This document shows positions 1 to 12,514 of a stretch of DNA of 64,000 nucleotides, in pieces. The DNA lies in assembly GCF_009914755.1 (NCBI RefSeq), contig NC_060935.1. One strand, written 5' to 3'. The notes below the pieces were generated by a model. It was not told the DNA's origin and did no database searches. It saw only the letters and a list, made by a program, of their open reading frames with translations. A program made the translations under genes and the position numbers. Source of the DNA: the human T2T-CHM13v2.0 reference genome, Homo sapiens. Every line of letters begins with the position of its first letter. Within the stretch, counting starts at the first letter, position 1.

Positions 1-1129
1 AAGCCGCTGCTACCCAGAACCTTCCCATACGTGCCTGGGCTCCAAACTGGGAGCTGGCGGATTCCCCAGGCCTGGAAACCCCCAGTAGGGTTGTCTGACT
101 CCACCCACACCCCACAAGGCTGGTCATTCTCAACCCTGTTTCTTGGAAGGAGAAACTGGCTCATGATCAGACGTTCTGGAATTCACTACAGGAAGTGGCC
201 ATTGAGTGAGAGGAAAGGCCCCTGGTTAAATGAGCCAAGAATTCTGCATTTTGATTCCCACTCCAACATTTAAAGCCATGGGATGCAGGCTCAGACGGAC
301 CTGGGTTCAACTCCAGTTCTGCTGTTTAAGAGCTGCCTGGTTTCTGGAAAGTTACTTACTTCACTGAGCCCTGGTTTCCTCTTTTGGGAAAGGGATTATA
401 GTATCTGCCTCAACAGGTTCTTGTGAGGATTCTAAGAGGAACCTGTAGGGCTGATACTCAGCTGGCATGCAGATTCTAACTTACTGCTTGGTAAACAGCC
501 ATGACTCAGAGCCCCTTGAGTGCCTCTGCCATGCAACCCAGCATCCCCCAACCTTCCCACCATGATTCAGCAACCAAGGGGTTAATATCTAGCCCCTCAG
601 AAGGTCCTCAAGATCCTGGCAACCCTTCTGATTGGTTGCTGCCCATACTGAACTAAATGGGTGCCAATAAATGCTCTGTAAACTACAAAGTGCTGGCTAA
701 CCCCAGATCCACACTTCCAGCTCCAATTTATCTCCTGGAGGCTCTTCACCCACCTCCCGGCCCTTCCACCTTCATACTTCATGCAAATGGCACTCTCACA
801 ACTCCCAAATTGAACTGAGTTTCTCCAGTTAAACTCATCCCAGGGACTGCCTCCACCTCTGCCTGGCAGACTCCTTCATTACCCAGTCTCTATCTGGCAG
901 TGCTGTTTCCTCTATGTCCCCTAGCTCTGTCCCTCCTTCCTGCCCCCACCCACCTGGTGCCTTCATCATTTCTCTGCTAAATCACAACTACCTTCCCACT
1001 GGCCTCTGGACTCCAGTGTGTCCTTCCACATCATTCTCACACTGTAGACAGAATCACCTTCCAAAAGCGGGGTCTCTCATTGAGCCCTCAGTGAAACGTC
1101 AGCCACCATTGACATCCCTCAGTAATGAT

Positions 1130-1556
1130 CATTGGAGGTTTGGTTCCTGGGGAAGGAGACTCTGAGATGAAGGTTTGCTTGCAGGAGGTTTATTGGGGGA
1201 GTACATTCAAGGTCAACACCTGGCAGGGAGTGATTGAAGCAGAATTGGCCAGAGGGATAAATTGGGTTGTGAGGCAAACCCCACAAAGGCCTCGGCCAGC
1301 CCCTCAGGGAGCTGTGGAGCTGGAAACTCTTCATAGTTGTCCCAAGTTGGGGCAAGGGGCCTGGGCTTTTATACCCCCATGTGAACCAGTCTCTGGATGC
1401 AGGCTGGCCCTGGAGGGACCATGGCATTAGGTGAGGAGGCAATGACGGTGGTGGGAGGAGTCTCACCTGCAAGCTGCCTGCCATCAGCACTCTCAGCAGC
1501 GGAGGTGTGGGGGTAGGAGGCACAGGCATTGGCAGCACATCGCAGTGCCCGCTACA
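1130..1556 (-). mobile_element. LTR33-like ERVL solo LTR
   Basis: Colinear with the recalled LTR33 consensus (agactctgagatg...gcaggaggtttatt...acaaaggcctc...gttgtcccaagttggggcaagggg...ctaca). Confidence 0.6.
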
Positions 1557-2771
1557 AAGATGTCTTGGGTCAAGTAGGTCCTCAGGAATGTTTGTCGCAT
1601 GATGAAAAGAATAACTCCCCATCACCTTCAAGGCACATTTTGAGTATCTGGTGTAGCACACAGGCTCTTCGTGATCCACCCCAAACATCCTCCCCATTCC
1701 GTCTTCCTCTCTCCCTCTCCCCACTCGCACCATATTGTGCTTCTTGCAGTTTCCCAAGCTCAACATGCTATTTCACACCTCTATGCTTTTGCACGTGTTA
1801 TTTCATCTGCCTGGACTGCTTTAAATGGAAAAAAAGAAATCCTATTCTCTTCTTCCAGCCAATTCCTACTCCTTCATCAAGACTCCAGCTAAGCTCTGCC
1901 TCCCCTGGGAAACCTTCTATTAATTCCTCCAAGTCTGGTGCTCCCACCTCATGCAGAGCACAGCCATTGGGTTCTAATCTGCCCCCGGGCTCCTCCAGGC
2001 TCAGATCCACAGGGCCTGGTTACTCCATTACTTAGGATGCATTTGTGCTGGAAGAAGTCTTGGGGGATGGCAAGGGAGAAGAAATGGCAAGTGTGAAGCC
2101 TGGAAGCATGGAAGTACCCAGTATGTCGGAGAAGGCTGAGCAGCGTCTCATACTGTTCAACGCAACGGTTGTCGCCATCCTTTCCCCACTCATTCCCATC
2201 TTCACCATCATCATTGTTGTCATCAAGGCCACACTTTCTGAGTGCTGACTACATACCAGGCTCTGCGCCAAGTGTTTTAGACACACTTCCCTTTAATCCT
2301 TATTTTATCCTCACTATTAATAACCTTCAAAAGTAGGTACTATTATTATCACTGTTTTACAGATACAGAAACCGAAGTTCAAGCAGGTTAAGAGCTCTGC
2401 TCAAGGTCACACAGCTGGTTAATGATCTGTGTGACCCAAGGACACTCTCTGTTCACCACTCCAGCAGGGAGCTGGGCCACACTGATCTCATCCCTTTCCA
2501 AGCCTCCCACCCCATCACTGTCTGCCTGTCTAAGGAAACTCCTTTCCTAAATGAAAGGACATGCCACTGCGAAGATGTGGGGTGGGCCCAGCCAGGGCAG
2601 CCAAGAGACCTGGGAGGGGTGAGGGAGAACATTCTGACCACATTCGCCCTTCTAGATCCGACCAACACAGGGTTTGATTCAGCTCCAGCCACTGCATGTT
2701 GCTGGGAGATCTTGTCCCCTCTTCACGTCTGCAAATAGGGAATCTGAAGTCCCAAAAGGGAAGGGCCCCAT

Positions 2772-2806
2772 CCAAGGTCAAGGTCACACTGACCATCAGG
2801 GGGTCA
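2772..2806. promoter_or_regulatory. Perfect palindromic estrogen response element plus extra AGGTCA half-sites
   Basis: GGTCAcacTGACC at 2782-2794, preceded by a second AGGTCA (2775-2780) and followed by GGGTCA (2801-2806). Motif only; function inferred. Confidence 0.55.
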
Positions 2807-5800
2807 ACTGAAACTACAGCTTAGACTCTGGGCTCCCAGACCAGGGCCTCGCCCACTGCCAGCCTAACTGCAGCCAAGGCTAATTTTAAGGGATAATTTG
2901 AGGGTGCTGGGAAGAGTTCCTCCTCCCCACACAAGGGTGTACCTCCCCAGGCTGCTGGTGATACCTGGAATCCCTCCAGAGGGCACAGGTCATGAGCCCT
3001 GGGTTCAGGCCCACCGTCTCCTCTCCATCCTCCCTGGGACCCTCCTGCCCGGGCTTCCTCGCCTTAGGAAATGCACAAGCAGCCAGGGGCTGGCTCTGAG
3101 GAGGCTGTGGAAGGAGGCTGCCCCCAAACCTGGGCACGCCAGGAACAGAGAGACAAACAAGAGGCAGCAGAGCCCAGTGAGAGGCTAGTAGCCACATTGG
3201 TTTTAATCAGGCTCCACGCATACCAACTGTGTGACCTTTGGGAAGATATCTAATTGCTGTGGGCCTCAGTTTTCTCAGCTATAACATGGGGATGAGAGTT
3301 ACTATCTGGCAGGGTTGTTGTGGGGATTCAGTGAGGTAGATATTGCTGGTATTTGATGAGGCAGCAGGGCTGGGCACCCAGAAGGGGCTATCGGTGGCAG
3401 CTGGGATTATTATTGAGTCTGGAGTCAGACAGAGCTACAGGACTTTATGCCTGTCCAGTCCTTGCTGGACAACACTGGTTCCTCCATGATCCTGGAGTCT
3501 GGCATGAGGCCTGGCCAGGGTGCCCAGTACCTAAGGTCTATTGAATTGTTTGGAGTTCTGTGGCGGCAGAACTGACCCCAGCGGTTGGGTGATGTAGGAA
3601 GAAAGGTACAGTGTGAGGGAGAACTTCCTGCTACCTGAAGGTAGAAGGAAGCCGTGGAGATGTGGGGAGTTCTCTGGAAGTTTTCAAGCAGAAGCTGGGT
3701 GGATATTAGGCAATGATGCCATCACTGAGAGTCACGTAGATTCACTGAATTTATGCTCCTGGGGAGAAAGTCTAAGTTGGAAGGCCTCTCACAGGCCCTG
3801 AAGTCCAACCCCTCAACATATACATGGGGAGACAGGCCCAAAAAGGGAACAGACTTGCCTAAGGTGAGCCAATGCCAGATCCGGGACGAGGAGCAGGGCT
3901 CCTGTCTCTGCAGAGAGGGGACTGGTGCTATTATAACCATTTTATAAAAGGGAAGACTGAGGTCTGGGGAGAGGTAGAAACTTGCTGAGGTCACCAAGAG
4001 AGTGTGTGAGAGACCAGAATCTATGTGTCTGGCTTCAGGGTTCCCCCATGGCCACCTGGCTAGAGTAGGACCAGAAACCTGATCCCACCCCCAGCAAGGC
4101 TGGAATGAATCCTTCCTGGGCCCCTCCTGGGGCCATTGAGCAGTGTCTCCTGGCTGGAAGATACCAAAGCACGCATTAGCTCTGAAGTCTGTTTCGTCTG
4201 TGAAAACACCAGGTCCTGGAGGAGAGGCCTTCCAGGCGCTAACGACCCACCCACTGTGCATCTGAGGAGGAACCTGGGCTCAGAAAGGGGAGTGGTGGCT
4301 GCTCCAAGATCCCACGGCCACCCTGGCCAGGCCAGGCCTGGACCCCAAGGCTAGACTCTCTCAGGAGAGGGACAGAAACAGAGAGAGACAGAGATACCAG
4401 CTCAGACAGGAGAATGTGCTCACCTGGCAAAGTCAGAGCAGTAGGGAGGAAACATCTGCAACCACTTGGCAAGCACAGGCAGCTCCTGGCAGCTTTAGCT
4501 CTCCACAGTCAGGAGCCTTTGAGCACTGGGAGAGAAACAGCCTGGATTTGCTGCGTTCCGTGAGATCCCTACCGTTCTCTCAGGGGACCCTCCCACCACC
4601 AACCTCTACCTTCCCAGTCACTGCACTCAGTGACAGCAGCAGGTGCCTCTAACTCCACACAGCCTTCCTGCCTTCCTGCCTTTGCACACTCGGCTCTCTC
4701 TGCCTGGAATGCTGCCCCTCCCTTGTCCCCCTGACTCTTCCTTGCCTTGTCTTCTCAGCTGATGCTTCTCTGAGGCTTCCCAGCCCCCCACCCAACCCCC
4801 CTGCCCCCAGCCAGCCCGGCCTACTCCTTGAAGCAGATCAGATGCCATCTGCCCTGGCTTCCCCAGCCAGAGTGCCTCCTTCCCTCTGTCGCAGTGCTGG
4901 TCACACCCACAGTCACTGTCTGTGTCTGTGTCTGCCTCTGGCACTGGAGGGGAAGCCTCTGTCAGCAGGGTTGGGCTCTAACCTAAGGCAACATCCCCAA
5001 TTGCAGCAAAGGGCTGACCACAGAGGACCCACAATTTCCACCCTCTCTCCCTCCCTCTGTCCCTTCCTTCCTTCCTGCCGCAAATACTGACTGAACTCCT
5101 GCTGTGTGCCAGGCACTGCTCTAGGTGCAGGAGCTACAGCAGTCAACAACACAAAGCAGTGAACAAAGTCCCTGCTCCATGACTGCCACTCTAGGAGGGG
5201 ATGAGGAAGCAGACAATAGTGACAATACAATCAATAATCCAGAGAAGTTTGGGTGGCGACAGGTGCTATAAAGAAAGTAAAACCACGTTTACTGAACTCA
5301 GAACTGCAGACAGGGAAACCAGGGGTGCAGACAGGTACAGTGGGCAGGAAGCAGGGGCATGGTAAGTTCCAGACCCTCTGGGCCCCTCTGTTACCTTCCC
5401 TCTCAAGGGCTGCCAGGCGCTGGGGGAGGCAGGCATGTGGGAAGGAAGCCTTGGGGCCCCCCTGGAAGTGCCAGACGTCTCTCCCACCCACAGACATACT
5501 TCCTGGCTCTCCAGGAATTTGATTCAGCAACAGCAACTTAGCAGTTACTTGTGAAAGTCACAAGAACTCCCTTGAGAGTTCCAGGGGTGGAGATGGCCTC
5601 CGCCGCCTCTCACTGAGCCTCCCAACAGCCTGGCGAGGTGGGCATGATTAACCTCCCATCGAAGGAGGACCCAAGGTCACACTGTTGGTCCCTGGCCCGG
5701 CTGAGATTTGAGCCCAGGTCAGGTGACTGCTGGGCCCACAGGCCTCCCGCCACCCCCTATAGCCTCCCAAAGCCTTGGAGGGCAAGCAAGTGGTCCAGCC

Positions 5801-6402
5801 ATGGCTGCAGCCTGGACACCAAGGACCTAAGCCCAGCACAGGTGAACTGAATGGGAGTCCCTCAACTCCTCTGGGCCTCAGGTTCTCTCTGAGGGTAGCT
5901 GTGAGCATCAGATAAAATGCAGCATGCATGCACTGTGGAAAATGCCCCAACTCACCTGTCACCCCCTGCACCCCGAGGCCCCTCCCCTCCTGCCCTCTGT
6001 GCCTGGCCAAGTTGGTCAGTCACTCACGGCAGGTGTGCTACTCAGCACGAGCAGAGGCAAAGCAGCTATGGACTCTGCTCACCTCACAGCCTGGCACACA
6101 GAAAGCTGTGAACTCTGCTCACCTCCAAGGATGGGGGTGGAGCTGAGGGCAGGATTGCCCGTCTGGGGAAAGAGGAGGGCCCGATCGAGGGTCAGGTGCC
6201 CTGGGTCCATGCTGAGGCAGGATGACTCAGTAATATTGCCACTCGCCTCCCCTGAGACAGCCAGCTGCTGTTCCCAGGCCTGGAGAGAAGGCAAAGCCAG
6301 CATTTGCTGAGGGCCTACTATGTGCCCATGCTTCGTAGGGTGTTATTGAGTCTACTATGTGACACACAGAGAGTTAAGTCACTGGCTCCATGTTGCATGA
6401 GT

Positions 6403-6690
6403 GTATTAGTTTGCTAGGGCTGCCATAACAAAGTACCAGAGATTGAGTGGCTTAAACACCAGACACGTTTCCTCGCAGTTCCAGAGGCTGGAAGTCGGAG
6501 ATGGAGGTGTCAGCAGGGCTGGCTTCTGGAGGCCTCTGTCCTTGGCTATAGATGACCATCTCCATGCTCACAGGGCATTCTCCCTCTATGTGTGCCTGCG
6601 TCCAGATTTCTTCTCCTTATCAGGACAATGGTCATACTGGATTAGAGCCCATCCTGCTGACCTCATCTTCACTAAATTACCTTCTCCCTG
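6403..6690 (-). mobile_element. MLT1-type MaLR LTR fragment
   Basis: tgtattagtttgctagggctgccataacaaagtacc...ggcttaaac...gaggctggaagtc is a typical MLT1A-C end. Confidence 0.75.
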
Positions 6691-9600
6691 AGCCTCTATG
6701 TAAGTGAAGCAATTCAGAGCACAGGCTGTGAAACTAGAGGGCCTGGATTCGAGTGTCAGCTCCACCACTTACTAGCTCTGTGAACTGAGAAATTTGCTGA
6801 ATCTCTCCATGCCTCAGTTTCCCTCTCTGTAAAATGGGGATAACAGTAGTGTCTTCCACATAGAATTGTGAGGATTAAAGGAGTTAAGATAAGAACCCTA
6901 TCTTGCCCATTGTGAGCTTCAGCTAAGTTGTTAACTTAAGTTTTATTTACTGGGGCCACTCCCACACATGCCAACAGCACAAAAACTGTGTGTCACAGCT
7001 CTGCCTCTCTCTCAGTGTGTGGCCTCGAACAACCAATTTCCCTCTCTGAGCTTCAGTCTGTAAAACGGGGGTAGGAGTCTCACCTCCCAGGGTCACTTTG
7101 AGCGTCAGACGTGACCACAGCATAAACACTGGTAAATTCTCTAAGAATGTTTCATCCCTGTAATGACACCAGAAATGAAAATGAAATCATGCCGACAAAG
7201 TCTCCTTTTTCCTTTCTGCTACAGGGCCTGTCCTGCAGCTCCAAAACGAGGACTTAGAGCTGGCTAGGGTGGGAGGGAGGATCTCAGCTCAGCCATGAAT
7301 GGTTCACTGACCCTGGCTGCTCACCAGGGGCTTAAGCATCCCTCCTTTGCAAAATCTTTCTGGAATGTCTGCTCTGAGAGCACAAAGCTGGTAAACTTTC
7401 TTCACCCCTGGCAGGACACCTGGCTCTGGTCATGTGGTAGCCTTAGGCACACACACTTACACAACTGTGCACAGCCTGGCCCTGCCCTTTTACCCCCTCT
7501 TCTCTCTCCTGCTCTCACCTCCCTCCTCCTGCCCCTTCCACCCTCTGCTTTCTGTCTGTCCAAACTAGACCACCCCACTTACTCCCTTCATGGCCTGGTT
7601 TTGAGGATAGACCCAGCTCCCAGGTCTGTCACTGGAGACATCTAGGATTTCAGCCTTTTGGGGGAAGGGGAGGGGCATTCTGAGTGGTGGAGACAGCCAA
7701 AGCTACAGCTTACAGGATGGAAAGCACTGCCATGTTTGGGGCCTGTCACCTAGTAGGGGTGACCATTGGCTGTGCCTGGGAGGGGGCAGATGTGTGGTGG
7801 GCAGTGAGGCTGGATGGGCAGATGGGACCTCACCTTGTGGTCCACAAGGACGTGGAGAGGTGGAGGCTGGAAGGGGCTGGGTCACAAAGCCCTTTTGGTC
7901 AGCATTCTTCGTGGAACCAGGGCTCACTCGAAGGGTACAGCATGGCACAACACAGTATGGCACAGAGGACGTCCCAGCAGAGGCAGGGGACAGACAGGTG
8001 AGAGTGTGGACGGTGCTCAGGGACTCTCAGGCCCAAGAGCCTGAGGTGCAACTCTGTCTTGCCACTCACAAGCCATACAACCTTAGTCAAAGCATTCTCC
8101 CTCTCTGAACCTCAGTTTCCCCATCTATAAAATCAGACTAGTAATTGTACCCACCTTGTTGTAAGCACTCACCAAGGTGGCGGTTGTGACATTTTGCACA
8201 GTTCCTGGCCCATAGCAGGAGCTTTGTAAACGTTAACCCCTTCCCCATCACCCTCCAGTCTCAGCCCTGAGGGCAGCTATGTGAACTGATTCACCCCTGC
8301 TATTCACCAAGGTTTACTGAACACCTGTCTCCATAATTCTTGTTATAAGAGATCGTTATAAATAAACACTTACTAAGCAACTACTATGCACCCAGAATCA
8401 CATGAACCACTTCACATAAATGATTTCATTAAATCCTTTCCACTACCTTGCAAGGTAACAATTTTCTTCATTTTACAGAAAAGGAAATAGTCTTTAAGGG
8501 ACTCGCCAGGAAGTGGCAAAGCCAAGATTTAAACCCTGTGAGAGGTCACAGCTGGAGATACAGATTTGCAGTTTTTCTGCATCAGGAAACAACTGAATGT
8601 GGGGGAGGAGGGAGTGGTCCCAGAAAACTTCCCATTGTAAACTGTTAGTGGGATGTGAAATCTATTTACAGAGACATGACCACCATTGCTATTCCTAATG
8701 GAATAGAATGGAGTAGAAAGGAAAATACCAGTCCATATTACACACAGCAAGGGTAAGTACTATCTGCCAAGCTTGTATATATATCCCCAGTTGTGTGATA
8801 ACATGTGTATCTTACTATGGACTAACTTTTTAAAAAAATCTGAAAATCTCTTAATGGAACTTGTTTGCTTAGGGCCAGGACTGATTCTAATGTGCTCTGA
8901 AGTAACCTTCTGTGGGGTAACATTCTGAAGTTCTGTTTGTCTTGGGACAGAAGGTAATAAATTGAGCACAGAGCCCTTTGCACACAATAACGTAATCACG
9001 CAACAACCCAAGCATGATAACAAAGTTCCCCGGAGTTTACTTGCCCTCAGAACGCTCGACCTAGTCAAGAGGCTTCTGGGTCACGGTGACATCTTCCCCT
9101 ACAGGGGGTCAGAGGACTTTGTCAGCTGAAATCATCCTGCAAATACGTTGTTATTAATAAGATATTCTTGCTCGGGTCAGTTGGTGGCAAAAATAGGACT
9201 GGAATCATGTGTCCTGCCCTGACCTCCAGTCGGGGGCTCTGTGCCTGCCGTGGTGCTAAGACACAGGGAGATGATGAGCAAGGGAGAAACGGCAGGGTCT
9301 GCATGATTGGCAAGGGCCAACAGGCCAAAGGGAGGGAGAGAGACCAACAGAGGACAGACAGAGCAGGGAGGGGATGTGTCCACAGGCCTGTGTGGGGACA
9401 GAGGGGAAGGCAAGAGAGAATTGCCAGGCCTCTTGGAGGAGACCAACAGGCTAACAGAAGGACACAAGGGCCCCCAATGCTTGCCCTCCCTCCCTGGGTC
9501 CCCTCCACCGGGACTCCCTCAGATGAGCACCTGACAATGGAGAGACCATCTGTGGCTCCAATGCATGTGGCACCAAGGCCTGTCACCTCAGCCTACCCAC

Positions 9601-11175
9601 AAGACTCCACGTCCCGAGAATTGCTCCCCTTCTTTCAGACCTATCCCTCCCTGGGCTCCTTATCCCCTGTACCCAGCCACGCTGAACCACTTATAGCTCC
9701 ACACCCTCTAGTCTGGTCTTTGATCATGCTTCTCCTTCTGCCTAGAAGGCCCTTAACTTCTTCACTAAGCCCACACTCCCAGCCCTCTGTGCCCAGAAGG
9801 ACTTTCTCAGCCAGGCCCTCCCTCAGGACACTTTGCCTGATGGCTGTGGCCGGCACTGGGTCTTTCTCTGCTCCAAATGCTCTGCACAGATTTCTAGTGG
9901 GCATCCAAAACTCTTCAGGACTAAGGTATGTCTGTGTCAGTGTGCCCACCCCAACTGTAGGCTCCTGGAGCCCAGTGCAAGATTCAATATGTGTCAGAGG
10001 TTCAGCAGGTAAACATTTGTTGGATGGATGGATGGACAGATAGAGAGTAAAGACAGGAGGACACATGGATGGAAGGATAGGACAGGCGAGAGGGAATACA
10101 CAGTGATGTGTGCCATGTAGAGAAGTAAACAGAGCTCTTGACTGGGAGTCTAGAAGCTTTCCTGCTCATTAGCTCTGTGACCTTGGACAAGTCACTCTCT
10201 CTCTCTGCACCTCAGTCTCCCACCTGTAAAATGAGAAAGGTGTTGAGGTTAAATGCCTGATATCTGATCCCCAAGGCCTTCCAGCTCCCATGCTGATTTC
10301 ATGGTGCCTGGAGCATCACATCCTGTCAGAACTTGCAAGTCAGCTTAGCTCCCGGATGTAGGGATAGGGGAAGAGGTTTCAGGGTCAGAGGAAACCTGGA
10401 AGCAAAGCTGGGTAAGGGCAGTGCCTCTAGTGCAAACCTGGCCTTCTGGAAGGAGACCAGCTCTGGCAGCTGCTCAGGAGACAATTTGTTCCTGGCCTCC
10501 TCCCACCACCACCAAACTGGGAAATTTGGAAGGAGGGCTTGGCAGATTTAACCTAACAGCCTACTGCCTCTTTACAGGCCACAGTCTCCTGCCCACAGAG
10601 CGGACCAGAGATCCACACATGGCTCCAAATGAGGGAGCCTCCTTCTCTATTGTGTCCCCTCCCCCAACCAAGGGCCAAAGCCACCTTCCATTTTTTTCCT
10701 CTTTGTGCCTTCCAAGCCTCCCACATCTCACACTGTGCTCTCCTGGGCCCTACAAACTGGCTCCTGCCTCAGTTTCCCTGTCCAGTTTCTTTTGTTGTTG
10801 TTTAGTTTTTTTTTCTGTGGTAACATGTAACGTAAAATTTGCTGTCTTAACTATTTTAAGTGTATAGTTCAGTGGTATTAAATACATTCATAATGTTATG
10901 CTACCACCAACACTGTCCAGCTCCAAAATTCTTTTCATATTGTAAAACTGAAACACTTTACTCATTAAGTGTACGTCTATTAGATCTGGTTGGTTTATTC
11001 CTTACTTATCTTCTGTCTGGTTGTTCTATCCATTATTGAGAGTGGGGTATTGAAATCTCCAACTATTATTATAGAACTGTTCATTTTCCCCTTCAATTCT
11101 GTCAGTTTTTTGCTTACATTTTGATGGTCTGTTACTAGGTGCATAAATGCTGATAATGTCTTCTTGCGATATTGA

Positions 11176-11476
<301 letters not shown>

Positions 11477-11805
11477 GAACCTCTTATATAAAGTCCTTCT
11501 TTGTCTCTTATAAACTTTGTGTAAAGACTATTTTGTCTGATTAATATAGCCACCTCTGCTCTCTTTTGGTTACTATTTAGTTGAAATATAGTTTTCCATC
11601 CTTTCACTTTCAATCTATTTATGTTTTTACAAGTATCTAAAGTGAGTGTGTTGTAGAGAACAGATAGTTGAATCATGCATTTTTATCCATTCTGCCAATC
11701 TCTGTCTTGACTGGAAAGTTTAGTTCATTTACAATTAAAGTAATTACTGATAAGAGGGATTTGCTTCTATTATTTGCAATTTGTCTTCTATATTCCTTAT
11801 AAAGG

Positions 11806-12161
<356 letters not shown>

Positions 12162-12380
12162 AACAGAGGTTTTGTACATTTCCTACAACACCGTCCTCTT
12201 ATGTTTAGCTTTTTTTTTTTGTAATAAGACATTTCAATTCTTTTCTCATTTCCTTCTGTATATATTCTATAGCTTTTTTCTTGTTGTTAACATGGGGATT
12301 ATATTTAACATCCGAAAGTTATAACACTATAATTTAAATCTGTACCAATTGAACTTCAATAACATACACAAACTCTGTTT

Positions 12381-12514
12381 ATTTTATTTTATTTTTTAGA
12401 GACAGGATCTCACTATGTTGACCAGGCTGGTGTTTAAATCCTGGCCTCAAGTGATCCTCCCATCTCGGCCTCCCAAAATGCTGGGATTAGAGGCATGAGC
12501 CACCATGCCCAGCC
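12381..12514 (-). mobile_element. Alu monomer (FLAM-like)
   Basis: Left monomer only. TSD cacaaa(c/t)tctgttt at 12367-12380 and 12515-12528. Confidence 0.85.

Noticed and set aside
9168-10043. 291-aa ORF
   Set aside because: Non-ATG start, no recognisable domain, and it runs into old repeat-like sequence.
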